Assembly (NCBI GenBank): GCA_023422005.1
Contig: JAEZSC010000186.1
Coordinates: 30,219-94,218 of the forward strand
DNA length: 64,000 nt
From: Bacillota bacterium
GTDB lineage: Bacteria > Bacillota > Clostridia > Christensenellales > UMGS416
Reading direction: 5' to 3'
A program made the position numbers and the translations under genes. Below the pieces are notes generated by a model that saw only the letters and a program-made list of their open reading frames with translations, searched no databases and had not been told where the DNA came from. Within the stretch, counting starts at the first letter, position 1. Every line of letters starts with the position of its first letter. Of the stretch, positions 52,246 through 61,581 are shown in pieces.

Positions 52246-53697
52246 ATGCTGAGCATCCGTTCCCGCACGCTGACGGCGCTGACGCTGGGCTATCTGGCCC
52301 TGCCGGTGGCGCTGTTCCTGTGCGGCTGGCTCAAGATATGGCTGGGCATACCTGTGGCGGCGCTGCTGGCGCTGGCCGTGGTTTGGCATGTGCGCGGCGA
52401 GGACGCCGGCGACGCCGTGGAGCTGGGCCGTTGGCCGGCGGCGTTGGCGATGCTGGCGGCGCTGGCGCTGTGGGTGTTCCTGAGCGGCCAGGGTGGCTAC
52501 TTCTACCAGAGCTACGACCACCACTGGCGCAATGCGATTTTCCATGATCTGATCGACCAGCCGTGGCCGGTGCGCTATGAGCAGACCGGCGCGGCGCTGG
52601 TCTATTATCTGGTCTACTGGCTGCCGGCGGCGGCGGTGGGCAAGGCCTTTGGCTGGGCGGCGGCCAACGCGGCGCTATACCTGTGGAGCCTGCTGGGCGT
52701 GGGCCTGTGCGCGCTGCTGCTGCTGCGGGAGCTGCAAGCCCGCACCTTGGGCGAGCGTCTGCTCATCGTGGCGGCGCTGGCGCTGTTCAGCGGCCTGGAT
52801 GTGCTGGGCATGGCCATGCAGCAGATGTCCACTGGCCGGGCCAACTGGCAGCACCTGGAGTGGTGGGCGGGGTATTACCAGTTCTCCAGCAATTCCACGC
52901 AGCTGTTCTGGGTGTACAACCAGACCGTGGCGCCGTGGCTGGCTACGGTGCTGCTGCTGCGGCAGCGCCGGGCTGGCGGCATGGCGCTGCTGTGCGCGCT
53001 GACTCTGCCCTATGCGCCGATGCCCTTCGTGGGCCTGCTGCCGCTGGCGTTGGCCCAGGTTGTGCGGGCGCTGCGGGGCAGGGCGCGGGACTTTTGGCCC
53101 TGGCTGCGGGGCGCGCTGGAGCCGCAGACCGCTGCGGCGCTGGCCATCGGCATCGTGTTCGCGCTGTACTTCTCCAGCAACGCCGCCGCCGGGTCCGGGC
53201 GCAGCCCGTGGTTCTGGGCAAGCGCGCAGCCGCTGTGGGCGGCGGTCTCGATGTACGGGTTCTTCCTTCTGCTGGAGGTCGGCGTGCCGCTGCTGGTGTT
53301 GTGGCACTGCGACCACCGGCAGCCCATGCTGCGGGCTGTGGCGGCAACGCTGGCTTTGTGCCCGCTGTTTGCCGTGGGCCAGGCATCGGATTTTTGCATG
53401 CGCGCCAGCATACCGGCGCTGATGGTGCTGATGGTGCTGTGCCTGCGGGCGCTGCTGGACGCCCGGCGTGTTCGCAGGTTCCGGCCGGCCATCGTGGCGC
53501 TGGCGCTGTGCCTGCTGTTGGGCGCAGCCACGCCGCTCACGGAAATCAAGCGCGGCGCGCTGGCCGTGGCGCAGGCGGGGCGGTTGGGCCTGGTGGCCGA
53601 CGACATCGGCACCCTGAGGGATAAGGTCGACGATTTCGACAACTTCCTTGCCTTCAACGCCCGGGAGCGTCCATTTTTTCGCTACCTTGCACGGTGA
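52246..53697 (+). CDS. Polytopic membrane protein, unknown (possibly glycosyltransferase/polymerase-like)
   Basis: ATG 52246 follows GGGAGG. At least 12 predicted hydrophobic helices. Conserved-looking loop GGYFYQSYDHHWRNAIFHDLI. Confidence 0.55.
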   Translation: MLSIRSRTLTALTLGYLALPVALFLCGWLKIWLGIPVAALLALAVVWHVRGEDAGDAVELGRWPAALAMLAALALWVFLSGQGGYFYQSYDHHWRNAIFHDLIDQPWPVRYEQTGAALVYYLVYWLPAAAVGKAFGWAAANAALYLWSLLGVGLCALLLLRELQARTLGERLLIVAALALFSGLDVLGMAMQQMSTGRANWQHLEWWAGYYQFSSNSTQLFWVYNQTVAPWLATVLLLRQRRAGGMALLCALTLPYAPMPFVGLLPLALAQVVRALRGRARDFWPWLRGALEPQTAAALAIGIVFALYFSSNAAAGSGRSPWFWASAQPLWAAVSMYGFFLLLEVGVPLLVLWHCDHRQPMLRAVAATLALCPLFAVGQASDFCMRASIPALMVLMVLCLRALLDARRVRRFRPAIVALALCLLLGAATPLTEIKRGALAVAQAGRLGLVADDIGTLRDKVDDFDNFLAFNARERPFFRYLAR

Positions 53698-54853
53698 GGG
53701 CGCCCAGATAGACGCTGAAGTCCTTCAGTGCCCGGCGGCAGGCGGCCAGTGTGGCCCGGTCGGGCTGCACGTCTGGCTCCCACCACCAGTTCAATATGCT
53801 TAGCTCTTTGGTTTTCCTGTTGAAGCGCGGCTCCATGCGCGCCACGAAGCGCTCTCCGCATAGCACCGGCAGCACATAGTAGCCATATTGACGCTGCTGC
53901 GCAGGCTTGTAGACCTCCCACGTGTAGTCGAAACCGAACAGCTCCCGGATCAGCTTGCGGTCCCACAGCAGGTTGTCCAGCGGCGCCAGAAAGGCAGCTT
54001 CGGCCCTGACGGCCTCGGGCTGTTCCAGCGCTGCCCGCAGCGTCGGCTGGTCCTGGGCGCGCACATAGCACGGCGCGGGGATGCCCTCCACGTCCACAGA
54101 CAGCAGGCGGCCCTCGCCGGTCAGCCGTTCGAAGGCCGCCGAACGCGCGCCGGCTTTCAGGCCCCCGTGGATGCCCAGCCACGCGTCGGAGGCCCGGTTG
54201 GCCAGCAGGCCCACGGAGCCCACCCGCCGGTGCACGTGCCAGGCGTAGTAGTCGTCCTCGCTTGTGTTCGGGTCCGGCGCGGCCAGCAGGTCCGCGGGCA
54301 GGTGCCGGCAGGCCAGGTCGTAGAACTTGCGCGTGCCGGCCTTATGGTGCACGACCAGCTCGCCCCAAAAATACAGGCTCTCCAGGCACGCGCGGGAGGC
54401 GTTGGTCGACCCCCACGGCCAGTTCACCTTTTCTCCGGGTTCCAGGTCGCCGGAGCACAGCGGGCCCCGGGTCGCCACCTCGGCGCGCACGTCGTCCAGC
54501 ATGGGCACGTGGGCGCGGCCCTCGTGGCCGTACCACTGCCGGGCGTCCTCCCGGTACCGCGCGAAACATGGCCAGTCTTCGACCGGGTAAATTGCGAGAT
54601 TCTTGTCAAAGGCGTCCACCAGCGCGCGGTCCCGGTAGAGAAGCTCATCCAGCAGCGCCGCCCGGTAGCCCTTCATGCGGCTCTGCAGCACCAGGTGGGG
54701 GTTGGGGCCCACCATGTCCAGCGGGTCGAACTGTATGCAGCCGACCTTGCGCACGAAATCCAGCGCTCCCGCCTTGCCCCGCAGCGCGCGGGGCGGCAGC
54801 AGGTTCTGGTGCCGCAGCAGGAAGCGTCGGGCTTGCACCTTTGTGAGAACCAT
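53654..54853 (-). CDS. YcaQ/AlkZ-like winged-helix DNA glycosylase (DUF1006)
   Basis: ATG 54853. MVLTKVQARRFLLRHQNLL...ALDFVRKVGCIQFDPLDMVGPNPHLVLQSR is the characteristic YcaQ N-terminus. Confidence 0.8.
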   Translation of the reverse strand: MVLTKVQARRFLLRHQNLLPPRALRGKAGALDFVRKVGCIQFDPLDMVGPNPHLVLQSRMKGYRAALLDELLYRDRALVDAFDKNLAIYPVEDWPCFARYREDARQWYGHEGRAHVPMLDDVRAEVATRGPLCSGDLEPGEKVNWPWGSTNASRACLESLYFWGELVVHHKAGTRKFYDLACRHLPADLLAAPDPNTSEDDYYAWHVHRRVGSVGLLANRASDAWLGIHGGLKAGARSAAFERLTGEGRLLSVDVEGIPAPCYVRAQDQPTLRAALEQPEAVRAEAAFLAPLDNLLWDRKLIRELFGFDYTWEVYKPAQQRQYGYYVLPVLCGERFVARMEPRFNRKTKELSILNWWWEPDVQPDRATLAACRRALKDFSVYLGALTVQGSEKMDAPGR

Positions 54854-55005
54854 GTTCGCATTCCTCGTACAATTGATTGCCCCATTATAGTGTATATACG
54901 ACCCTTTGTCAAAGCGGTTACATGGCGGTATAATGAACCCGGCGCGGCGCCGGCCGCTGCTGCACAACCTCAACAGTTGCTCACGCACAAAAAGGAGGAA
55001 CCGCC

Positions 55006-55413
55006 ATGCTGACCCATCTGGCCCACATCGCTTTGGGCGTCTCCGACATGGAAAAATCCCTGGATTTCTACTGTGGCCTGCTGGGCCTGACCAAGGCCTT
55101 CGAGCTGCATGACGACAACGACCAGCCGTGGATCATCTACCTGAAGATCAGCGACGGCCAGTTCATCGAGCTGTTCTACAACGCCAAAGGCCCCGTGGAG
55201 CCCTATTGGGGCAAGGCCGGCTACCAGCACTTCTGCTTCGGTGTGGACGACATCTGGGCCTTCACCGAGCGCCTGCACAGCCGCGGCCTCTATCTGGACA
55301 AGAACCCGACCATGGGCAAGGATACCAACTATCAGATCTGGGTGAAAGATCCCGATGGCGTGGACATCGAAATAATGCAGCTGGAGCCTACGTCTCCTCA
55401 GGCAAAAGCATAA
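55006..55413 (+). CDS. VOC family protein (glyoxalase I-like)
   Basis: LAHIALGVSDMEKSLDFYCGLLGL...HFCFGVDD...DPDGVDIEIMQ: the paired beta-alpha-beta-beta-beta VOC pattern. Confidence 0.85.
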   Translation: MLTHLAHIALGVSDMEKSLDFYCGLLGLTKAFELHDDNDQPWIIYLKISDGQFIELFYNAKGPVEPYWGKAGYQHFCFGVDDIWAFTERLHSRGLYLDKNPTMGKDTNYQIWVKDPDGVDIEIMQLEPTSPQAKA

Positions 55414-55473
55414 AACACTGCAAACGGGATGCTGCGGCATCCCGTTCATCGTGTCGACAAAGACGCCACGCTG

Positions 55474-55531
55474 TCGCCTGCGGCTGGTCGGGGCCTTCGG
55501 CCCCTGCTCGCCCCTGCATCCTGGGCGCTGT
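55474..55531. repeat. 58-bp repeat, right copy of the perfect inverted pair (hairpin module copy 4)
   Basis: tcgcctgcggctggtcggggccttcggcccctgctcgcccctgcatcctgggcgctgt is the exact reverse complement of 51647-51704. Confidence 0.9.
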
Positions 55532-55948
55532 TGCGCTTTGGCCCCTCGTGTTTTCAAGCAATGGAATGAATGTTTGCTTTCAAAAATTGATCTGGAAGCT
55601 TGTGGTAGATTTTGGGGAGATGCCGTACAAAACCAGCGAGGCTCTTTCTCTGTTTTGTACAAAATTTGCAAGTAAATGCCTTTTCGCTTGCATAATTGGT
55701 GCTGATATGGTATAAAATAAACACAGCGAGGCGGGCACCTCCGCTCCGAAAGTGGGTAACGATGACGTTCTTCTCCCCGCCAAGGGAGTCGAGCGTCTTT
55801 TGTTTCCCGAGTGCATAGCTACCCCTTTTCTCCTGTATAGGCCCCGGCGGTTTATTCCTTTCCGCCGGGGCCAAACTTTATTTCGCCACGGCCATTGTTA
55901 TGCCCGCCGCGATGAACCGGCTGTCGGTAATCGCATTCGTTCGCTTTA

Positions 55949-56038
55949 AGCCCTCTCTCCAGACCTCTCCCCCGAATGGGGGAGAGGCTTATTTTAGTAA
56001 ATAGTCCCTCCCCCTTTGGGGGAGGGTGCGGGAGAGGG
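55949..56038. repeat. 90-nt nested-palindrome element (GGGAGAGGG family), copy 2
   Basis: agccctctctccagacctctccccc-gaat-gggggagagg...tccctccccc-ttt-gggggagggtgcgggagaggg. Same stems as 47177-47266 with different loops and linker. Confidence 0.7.
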
Positions 56039-56076
56039 TTTTAGGATGCTGATGGTAGGACATACTTCCACCCCGC

Positions 56077-57006
56077 TCAGGCAATTTGCTCGCGTATGGC
56101 CAGGGCCAGGCGGGCGCTGGCCAGCGCGTGGCGGGCGTCCAGCTCTGAGGGCAGGCCGTCGGCGCAGCGGCTCACCACATGGTCGATGGCCGCCTGATAG
56201 GGGTGGACCTGCGGCAGACCCAGCGCTGTGCCGCCGTCGGCGGTATAGAGCGTGGTGTGCTTGATGGGCTCCCCGTCGGGGAACTGCCCGCGGAATTCCA
56301 CCGCGGCCCGCTGGAACACCGCGTTAAAGCCTGTGCTGAAGGGGTAGCTTGCCGGCATCATGGAATCGGCGCATACCGAAACCAGCGCCTGCCCGCAGCG
56401 CGCGCTCGCCTGCACATGGCACTCTGCTGTGTTCTTGCGCACGGCCACAGCCTCGGGCCGCGGCGCTTCGCCGCACAGCCAGCTCACGAAGTCCAGCTCG
56501 TGGATCATCAGGTTGGAGGCGATGGTATCAGCGCCCAGAGGGCCCCAGATGGCCGGCGTTTTGCGCCACAGCTGCAGGCTCATCAACTCGCCGTATGTTC
56601 CGGACTCCACTGCCTGCTGCACATAACGGTATTCGGGGAAGAACTTGATGAACTGGTCGACGAACACCCGGCGGTCGCTGCGATCCAGGATGCGCTGGAT
56701 GGCTTGGGCGTCGGCGGCGGTGTCGCACAGCGGGGTCTCGCAGAACACGTGCTTGCCGTGGGCCACCGCCCGGCCAATGTACTCCGCGTGCAGGCGGTTG
56801 GGCAGACAGATGTCCACGAGATCGATGGCGTCATCGCCGAGGGCCAACTCCAGGTCGGTCGTCACGGACACACCCAGGGTATCCTTCAGTTCCTGAAGTT
56901 TGGCGGAGTTTCTGCCCCACAGCGTGATTCCCTTCACGGCGGGGTTGTTCCTGTACAGCTCTGCGTGGAAAGCGCCGAACCCGGTGCCCAGTATCAGTAC
57001 GTTCAT
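56077..57006 (-). CDS. Gfo/Idh/MocA family oxidoreductase
   Basis: Rossmann N-terminus MNVLILGTGFGAFHAELY and EKP-like FCETPL. ATG 57006 lies 8 nt after GGAAGGAG. ATG 57012 is an alternative. Confidence 0.85.
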   Translation of the reverse strand: MNVLILGTGFGAFHAELYRNNPAVKGITLWGRNSAKLQELKDTLGVSVTTDLELALGDDAIDLVDICLPNRLHAEYIGRAVAHGKHVFCETPLCDTAADAQAIQRILDRSDRRVFVDQFIKFFPEYRYVQQAVESGTYGELMSLQLWRKTPAIWGPLGADTIASNLMIHELDFVSWLCGEAPRPEAVAVRKNTAECHVQASARCGQALVSVCADSMMPASYPFSTGFNAVFQRAAVEFRGQFPDGEPIKHTTLYTADGGTALGLPQVHPYQAAIDHVVSRCADGLPSELDARHALASARLALAIREQIA

Positions 57007-57106
57007 GTTCATTGCTCCTTCCGTGCCCTTTATGGCAAGAGTATACCAACCTATTCTTGACATCTGATTGTCATAAAACTAAGATCATGGAAAGAAAGCT
57101 GAGGGG

Positions 57107-58072
57107 GTGATCCGCACGCGCCTGCACCGTTTGATCGCCATCCTGCTGCTGCTGGAATCCCGAGGGCAGATCAAGGCCGCGGAGCTGGCCGCGGCGCTGG
57201 AGACGTCGCCGCGCACGATCTACCGCGACGTGGACGCGCTGTGCCAGGCCGGCGTGCCGCTCACGGCGACCACCGGGCCCAACGGCGGCATCCGCTTCAT
57301 GCCGGGCTATCACACGGCGCTGAGCTACCTCAAGGGCGAGGACGCGGTGAACCTGTATCTTTCGGGCATCGGCCGGGAGGATGGCACGGCGGCGCCCGGC
57401 CTGCGCCAGGCGCTGGACCAGCTGGAAAACCTGCTCCCCGGCGAATACGCGCGGGACATCCGTGCGGCCAGGGAGCGTTTCTATTTTGACGACACCCCCT
57501 GGTGGGGCGACCATCGGGCACCGCCGCATCTGCCCCAGGTGCGCCAGGCTGTGCTGCGGGGGCGCAAGCTGCGCGTGGCCTATGCCCGCCCGGGCGGGCA
57601 GGCCGTTGACCGCGTGCTGCTGCCCTATGGTCTGGCGGTCAAGGTCATGCAATGGTATCTGGTGGCCGCCAGCGAGGGCAGCGAGGAGCCACGCACTTAC
57701 AAGGTGGAGCGCATAACCGACGCCCAGGTGCTGCCGGAAACCTTCGAGCGGCCGCCGGGGTTCGATTTGGAGGTCCATTGGAAGCGCAGCGTGCAAGCCT
57801 TCCGCGCCGAGCGGCGGGCAGCGGAGCAGTACCCCGTGGGGCTGCGGCTGCGGCGGGAGCACGAGGCGCGGCTGCAGCGCCTGGAGGTTTATACGGTGCA
57901 GCGGCTTGGCGACTGGGTGATGGCGGAGGTCAACATGCACAGCTTTGAGCTGGCCCACTGCGAGGCGCTGGAGGCGGCCTGGTGGGCGGAGGTTCTCTCG
58001 CCGGAGGAACTGCGCGCCCATGTGGGCCAACAGCTGCTGGCCTTAGCCGGCGTCTATCGGGTTTGCCCATAA
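57107..58072 (+). CDS. YafY-family transcriptional regulator (HTH plus WYL domain)
   Basis: N-terminal wHTH RLIAILLLLESRGQIKAAELAAALETSPRTIYRDVDAL. WYL motif VMQWYLVAAS. GTG start. Confidence 0.8.
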   Translation: MIRTRLHRLIAILLLLESRGQIKAAELAAALETSPRTIYRDVDALCQAGVPLTATTGPNGGIRFMPGYHTALSYLKGEDAVNLYLSGIGREDGTAAPGLRQALDQLENLLPGEYARDIRAARERFYFDDTPWWGDHRAPPHLPQVRQAVLRGRKLRVAYARPGGQAVDRVLLPYGLAVKVMQWYLVAASEGSEEPRTYKVERITDAQVLPETFERPPGFDLEVHWKRSVQAFRAERRAAEQYPVGLRLRREHEARLQRLEVYTVQRLGDWVMAEVNMHSFELAHCEALEAAWWAEVLSPEELRAHVGQQLLALAGVYRVCP

Positions 58073-58221
58073 AGCCGGCCCGCTTTCTGTTGCGAGTCCC
58101 TGTTGGCCGCCCGTCTTCTTCACATTGCATAAAATCCCCCCCGGTGCTAAAATTGACTTTAAAACGCGCGGGTGGCTACCGCCGTCGGCGCGGCTGAAAC
58201 CATGGAAAGAGCGGTGGTTCC

Positions 58222-59127
58222 ATGCCAACCATTGTAGAGCAAATACAGGAACTCAAAAAGCAGCGCAACGCTGTAATTCTGGCCCACTATTACCAGCAGC
58301 CCGAGGTGCAGGACATCGCCGATTTCGTCGGTGATTCCTTCGATCTTTCCCGTCGCGCCAGCACCGTGCAGGCCGACGTCATCGTGTTCTGCGGCGTGTT
58401 CTTTATGGCCGAGAGCGCCAAGATATTAAACCCCACGCGCACGGTGCTGCTGCCGGTGCTGGCCGCCGGCTGCCCCATGGCCGATATGGTGACGCCCGAG
58501 GACGTGCTGGAGCTGCGCAGGAAATACCCCGACGCCGCCGTCGTGTGCTATGTGAACTCCTCCGCCGCCGTGAAGGCCGAGTGCGACGTGTGCTGCACGA
58601 GCTCCAACGCCGTGAAGATCGTCAAGAGCCTGCCCCAGCGTCGCATCTTGTTCGTGCCGGACCGCAACCTGGGCCACTATGTGTCGCGCTTTGTTCCCGA
58701 GAAGGAGATCATACCCTTCGCGGGCTTCTGCCCCACCCACGAGCGCGTGACCGCCGAGGACGTGGCCGCCGCCCGGGCCGCCCGCCCCGGCGCGCAGGTG
58801 CTGGTGCACCCCGAGTGCCCGCCGGCGGTTGTGGACGCCGCGGATTTTGCCGGCAGCACCGCGCAGATCCTGCAATACGCGACGCAATCCGCCGCCACAG
58901 AATTCATCATAGGCACCGAGCAGGGCATCCTGCACCGCCTGCAGGGGCAAAACCCGGACAAGAAGTTCTATCTGCTGAGCCCCCGGCTGTTCTGCGTCAA
59001 CATGAAGAAGACGGGACTGCAGGACGTGCTGGCGGCGCTGCAGACCAACACCAACCAAATCGAGCTGGACGAGGCCGTGGCCGGCCGCGCCCGTGGCTGC
59101 CTGCAGCGCATGCTGGAGTTGGCCTGA
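58222..59127 (+). CDS. nadA: Quinolinate synthase
   Basis: ILAHYYQQPEVQDIADFVGDS, and cluster ligands in the VNSSA, FCPTH and HPECP regions. 301-aa type. Confidence 0.95.
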   Translation: MPTIVEQIQELKKQRNAVILAHYYQQPEVQDIADFVGDSFDLSRRASTVQADVIVFCGVFFMAESAKILNPTRTVLLPVLAAGCPMADMVTPEDVLELRRKYPDAAVVCYVNSSAAVKAECDVCCTSSNAVKIVKSLPQRRILFVPDRNLGHYVSRFVPEKEIIPFAGFCPTHERVTAEDVAAARAARPGAQVLVHPECPPAVVDAADFAGSTAQILQYATQSAATEFIIGTEQGILHRLQGQNPDKKFYLLSPRLFCVNMKKTGLQDVLAALQTNTNQIELDEAVAGRARGCLQRMLELA

Positions 59128-59140
59128 TGGGAGTTTTTTT

Positions 59141-60691
59141 GTGAGAAGATATGCCTATGAAGGGGATCTTTCCGAACTGCCCCGGGAGGAGTTCGACGTC
59201 GTCATAGAGGGCTGCGGCATCGCCGGTATGTACGCCGCGCTGAACCTGGATGAGAGGCTGAAGGTCGCGCTGCTCAACAAGTCCGGCATGGAGATCAGCA
59301 ATTCCATGTATGCCCAGGGCGGCATCGCCGCGGTGATCAATGCCGACGACAACGCCGACAACCACTTTGCCGACACGCTGGAAGCCGGCGCGCACCTGTG
59401 CGACCCGGCGGCGGTGCGGGTGCTGGTGGAAGAAGGCCCCGGGGACATCCGTTCGCTGGTGGCCATGGGCGTGCCCTTCGACCGGGAAGAGGACGGCACG
59501 CTGCACACGACCCGCGAGGGCGCCCACCACCACAACCGCATCGTGCATTGCGGCGGCGACGCCACTGGCTTCGGCGTGAGCTCCCGGCTGGCGCAGCTGG
59601 TGCAGAGCCGGCCCAACATAGCCGTGCGCAACCACGCGTGCCTGGCCGATGTGCTCACCGGTGACGACGGCGCCGTGGCCGGCGCGCTGGTGCTGGAAGG
59701 CGGTGCTCTCAGGGTGTATGCCGCTGCGGCGGTCATCGTCGCTTCCGGCGGCATCGGCCGCGTGTATCGCAACAGCACCAACGCTCGCAGCGCCACCGGC
59801 GACGGCATCGCCGCGAGCCTGCGGGCCGGCGCGGTCCTCAAAGACATGGAGTTTGTGCAGTTCCACCCCACAGCGCTGATCCACCCCGACGACACCGGGC
59901 GGTTCTTTTTGATCTCCGAAGCGCTGCGGGGCGAGGGAGCCGTGCTGCGCAACCGGCGATGGGAGCGTTTCATGCAGGGTGTGCACCCGCTGGCCGACCT
60001 GGCCCCCCGCGACATTGTGACCCGCGCCATCATCGCCGAGATGCGCCGTTATGACCTGCCCCATGTGTATCTGGACATCACGGCGCGTCCCCGCTCGTTC
60101 CTGAGCGCCCGCTTCCCGACAATCTACGAGGAATGCATGCGCCGCGGCATCGACATCGCCAAGGACTGGATTCCCGTAATCCCCGTGCAGCACTACACCA
60201 TGGGCGGCATCCGCACCGATACCGATGGCTGCACCAACGTGCCCGGCCTGTATGCCTGCGGCGAGGCCGCCTGCACCGGTGTGCACGGCGCCAATCGGCT
60301 GGCCAGCAACTCGCTGTTGGAATGCCTGGTGTTCAGCCGGAGGGCGGCCCAGCACATAGGCAGCGCCCCTTGGCGCGCCCCGCGGGTGCCCGAGCGCACC
60401 GGCGATGCCCCGGCGCGCTCCACCGCCCAGGATCTGGACGCAGTGCGCACCGAAATACGCGGCCTTATGACCCGCAAGGGCGGCATCCTGCGCAACCGTG
60501 CCGGCTTGACCGAAGCGCTCGCCCGCATCGAGGATCTGCTGGGTATGCTGGGCGAGGCCTCAATGGGTACCGTAAAGAGCCTGGAGACCTGGAACATGGC
60601 GCTGTGCGCCCGCGAGGTGCTGGTGGCCGCGCTGGCCAGGCCCAAGAGCGTGGGAGCTCATTATAGAGACGACGAGGAGGAGCAGTCATGA
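59141..60691 (+). CDS. nadB: L-aspartate oxidase
   Basis: FAD motif DVVIEGCGIAGMYAAL, and HCGGDATG, RGEGAVL, GANRLASNSLLE. GTG 59141; the track start at 59093 overlaps nadA. Confidence 0.9.
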   Translation: MRRYAYEGDLSELPREEFDVVIEGCGIAGMYAALNLDERLKVALLNKSGMEISNSMYAQGGIAAVINADDNADNHFADTLEAGAHLCDPAAVRVLVEEGPGDIRSLVAMGVPFDREEDGTLHTTREGAHHHNRIVHCGGDATGFGVSSRLAQLVQSRPNIAVRNHACLADVLTGDDGAVAGALVLEGGALRVYAAAAVIVASGGIGRVYRNSTNARSATGDGIAASLRAGAVLKDMEFVQFHPTALIHPDDTGRFFLISEALRGEGAVLRNRRWERFMQGVHPLADLAPRDIVTRAIIAEMRRYDLPHVYLDITARPRSFLSARFPTIYEECMRRGIDIAKDWIPVIPVQHYTMGGIRTDTDGCTNVPGLYACGEAACTGVHGANRLASNSLLECLVFSRRAAQHIGSAPWRAPRVPERTGDAPARSTAQDLDAVRTEIRGLMTRKGGILRNRAGLTEALARIEDLLGMLGEASMGTVKSLETWNMALCAREVLVAALARPKSVGAHYRDDEEEQS

Positions 60692-61536
60692 TCGACAACC
60701 TGGCCCTGGATGAACTGATCGACCGGGCGCTGGCAGAGGATTGGGGCACCGGCGACATCACAACGCTGTGCACCGTGGCCGCCGGCCGCGAGATTTCCGG
60801 GCGCTTTTTGGCCAAGGAGTCCGGCGTCGTGTGTGGCCTTTCGGTCGTGGAGCGCGTGTTCCGCAAGCTGGACGCCACCGTGGTCTTCGCGCCCCAGACC
60901 CGCGACGGGCAGGCGGTGGAAAAGGGGACCGTGCTGGCCCACATCAGCGGCGATGCCCGCGCCATCCTCGTGGGCGAACGCACGGCTCTCAACTTCCTGC
61001 AGCGCCTAAGCGGTATCGCCACGCGTACGGCCCATGCCGTGGCTGCTGTGGCCGGCACCCATGCCCGCATCACCGACACCCGCAAGACCACGCCCGGCCT
61101 GCGGGTGCTGGAGAAATACGCCGTGCGCTGCGGCGGCGGCTCCAACCACCGCTTCAACCTGTCCGACGGCGTGCTCATTAAGGACAACCACATCGCCGCC
61201 GCCGGCGGCATCACCGCCGCGGTGCGTGCCGCCCGCGCCCAGGCCCCCCACACGCTCAAGATAGAGGTGGAGGTTGAGGACTTCGCCATGCTGGACGAAG
61301 CCCTGGCCGCCGGTGCGGACATCATCATGCTGGACAACATGGATCTGGAGACCATGGCCCAGGCCGTGGCCCGCGTGGCCGGCCGCGCTCTGGTGGAGGC
61401 CAGCGGCAACATGGGCGACAAGGACGAGAGCGCCCTGCGGGCCGTGGCCGAAACCGGCGTGGATCTGATTTCCATCGGCGCGCTCACGCACACGGTCAAA
61501 GCCATGGACATCAGCCTGCGGTTTGATAAGGTTTAG
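60688..61536 (+). CDS. nadC: Nicotinate-nucleotide diphosphorylase (carboxylating)
   Basis: [47 protein letters not shown]. Confidence 0.95.
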   Translation: MIDNLALDELIDRALAEDWGTGDITTLCTVAAGREISGRFLAKESGVVCGLSVVERVFRKLDATVVFAPQTRDGQAVEKGTVLAHISGDARAILVGERTALNFLQRLSGIATRTAHAVAAVAGTHARITDTRKTTPGLRVLEKYAVRCGGGSNHRFNLSDGVLIKDNHIAAAGGITAAVRAARAQAPHTLKIEVEVEDFAMLDEALAAGADIIMLDNMDLETMAQAVARVAGRALVEASGNMGDKDESALRAVAETGVDLISIGALTHTVKAMDISLRFDKV

Positions 61537-61581
61537 CCGGTTCCCCAAAGTGCTCTCCGCAATGATTTGGAGGTGCTTATT

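Noticed and set aside
53654-53697. 44-nt convergent overlap between the membrane-protein gene and the ycaQ-like gene.
   Set aside because: Convergent 3' overlaps of this size are common in GC-rich genomes, and no special structure is seen. Noted but not pursued.
51647-55531. The inverted-repeat-bounded block as a composite transposon or IS.
   Set aside because: No transposase, integrase or recombinase gene is inside or adjacent. No target-site duplication is evident by eye. It is kept as a finding about the repeats only.
58073-58221. An NAD+ riboswitch (nadA or pnuC motif) upstream of nadA.
   Set aside because: I could not recognise the conserved domains of either class. Only a small start-codon hairpin is visible.
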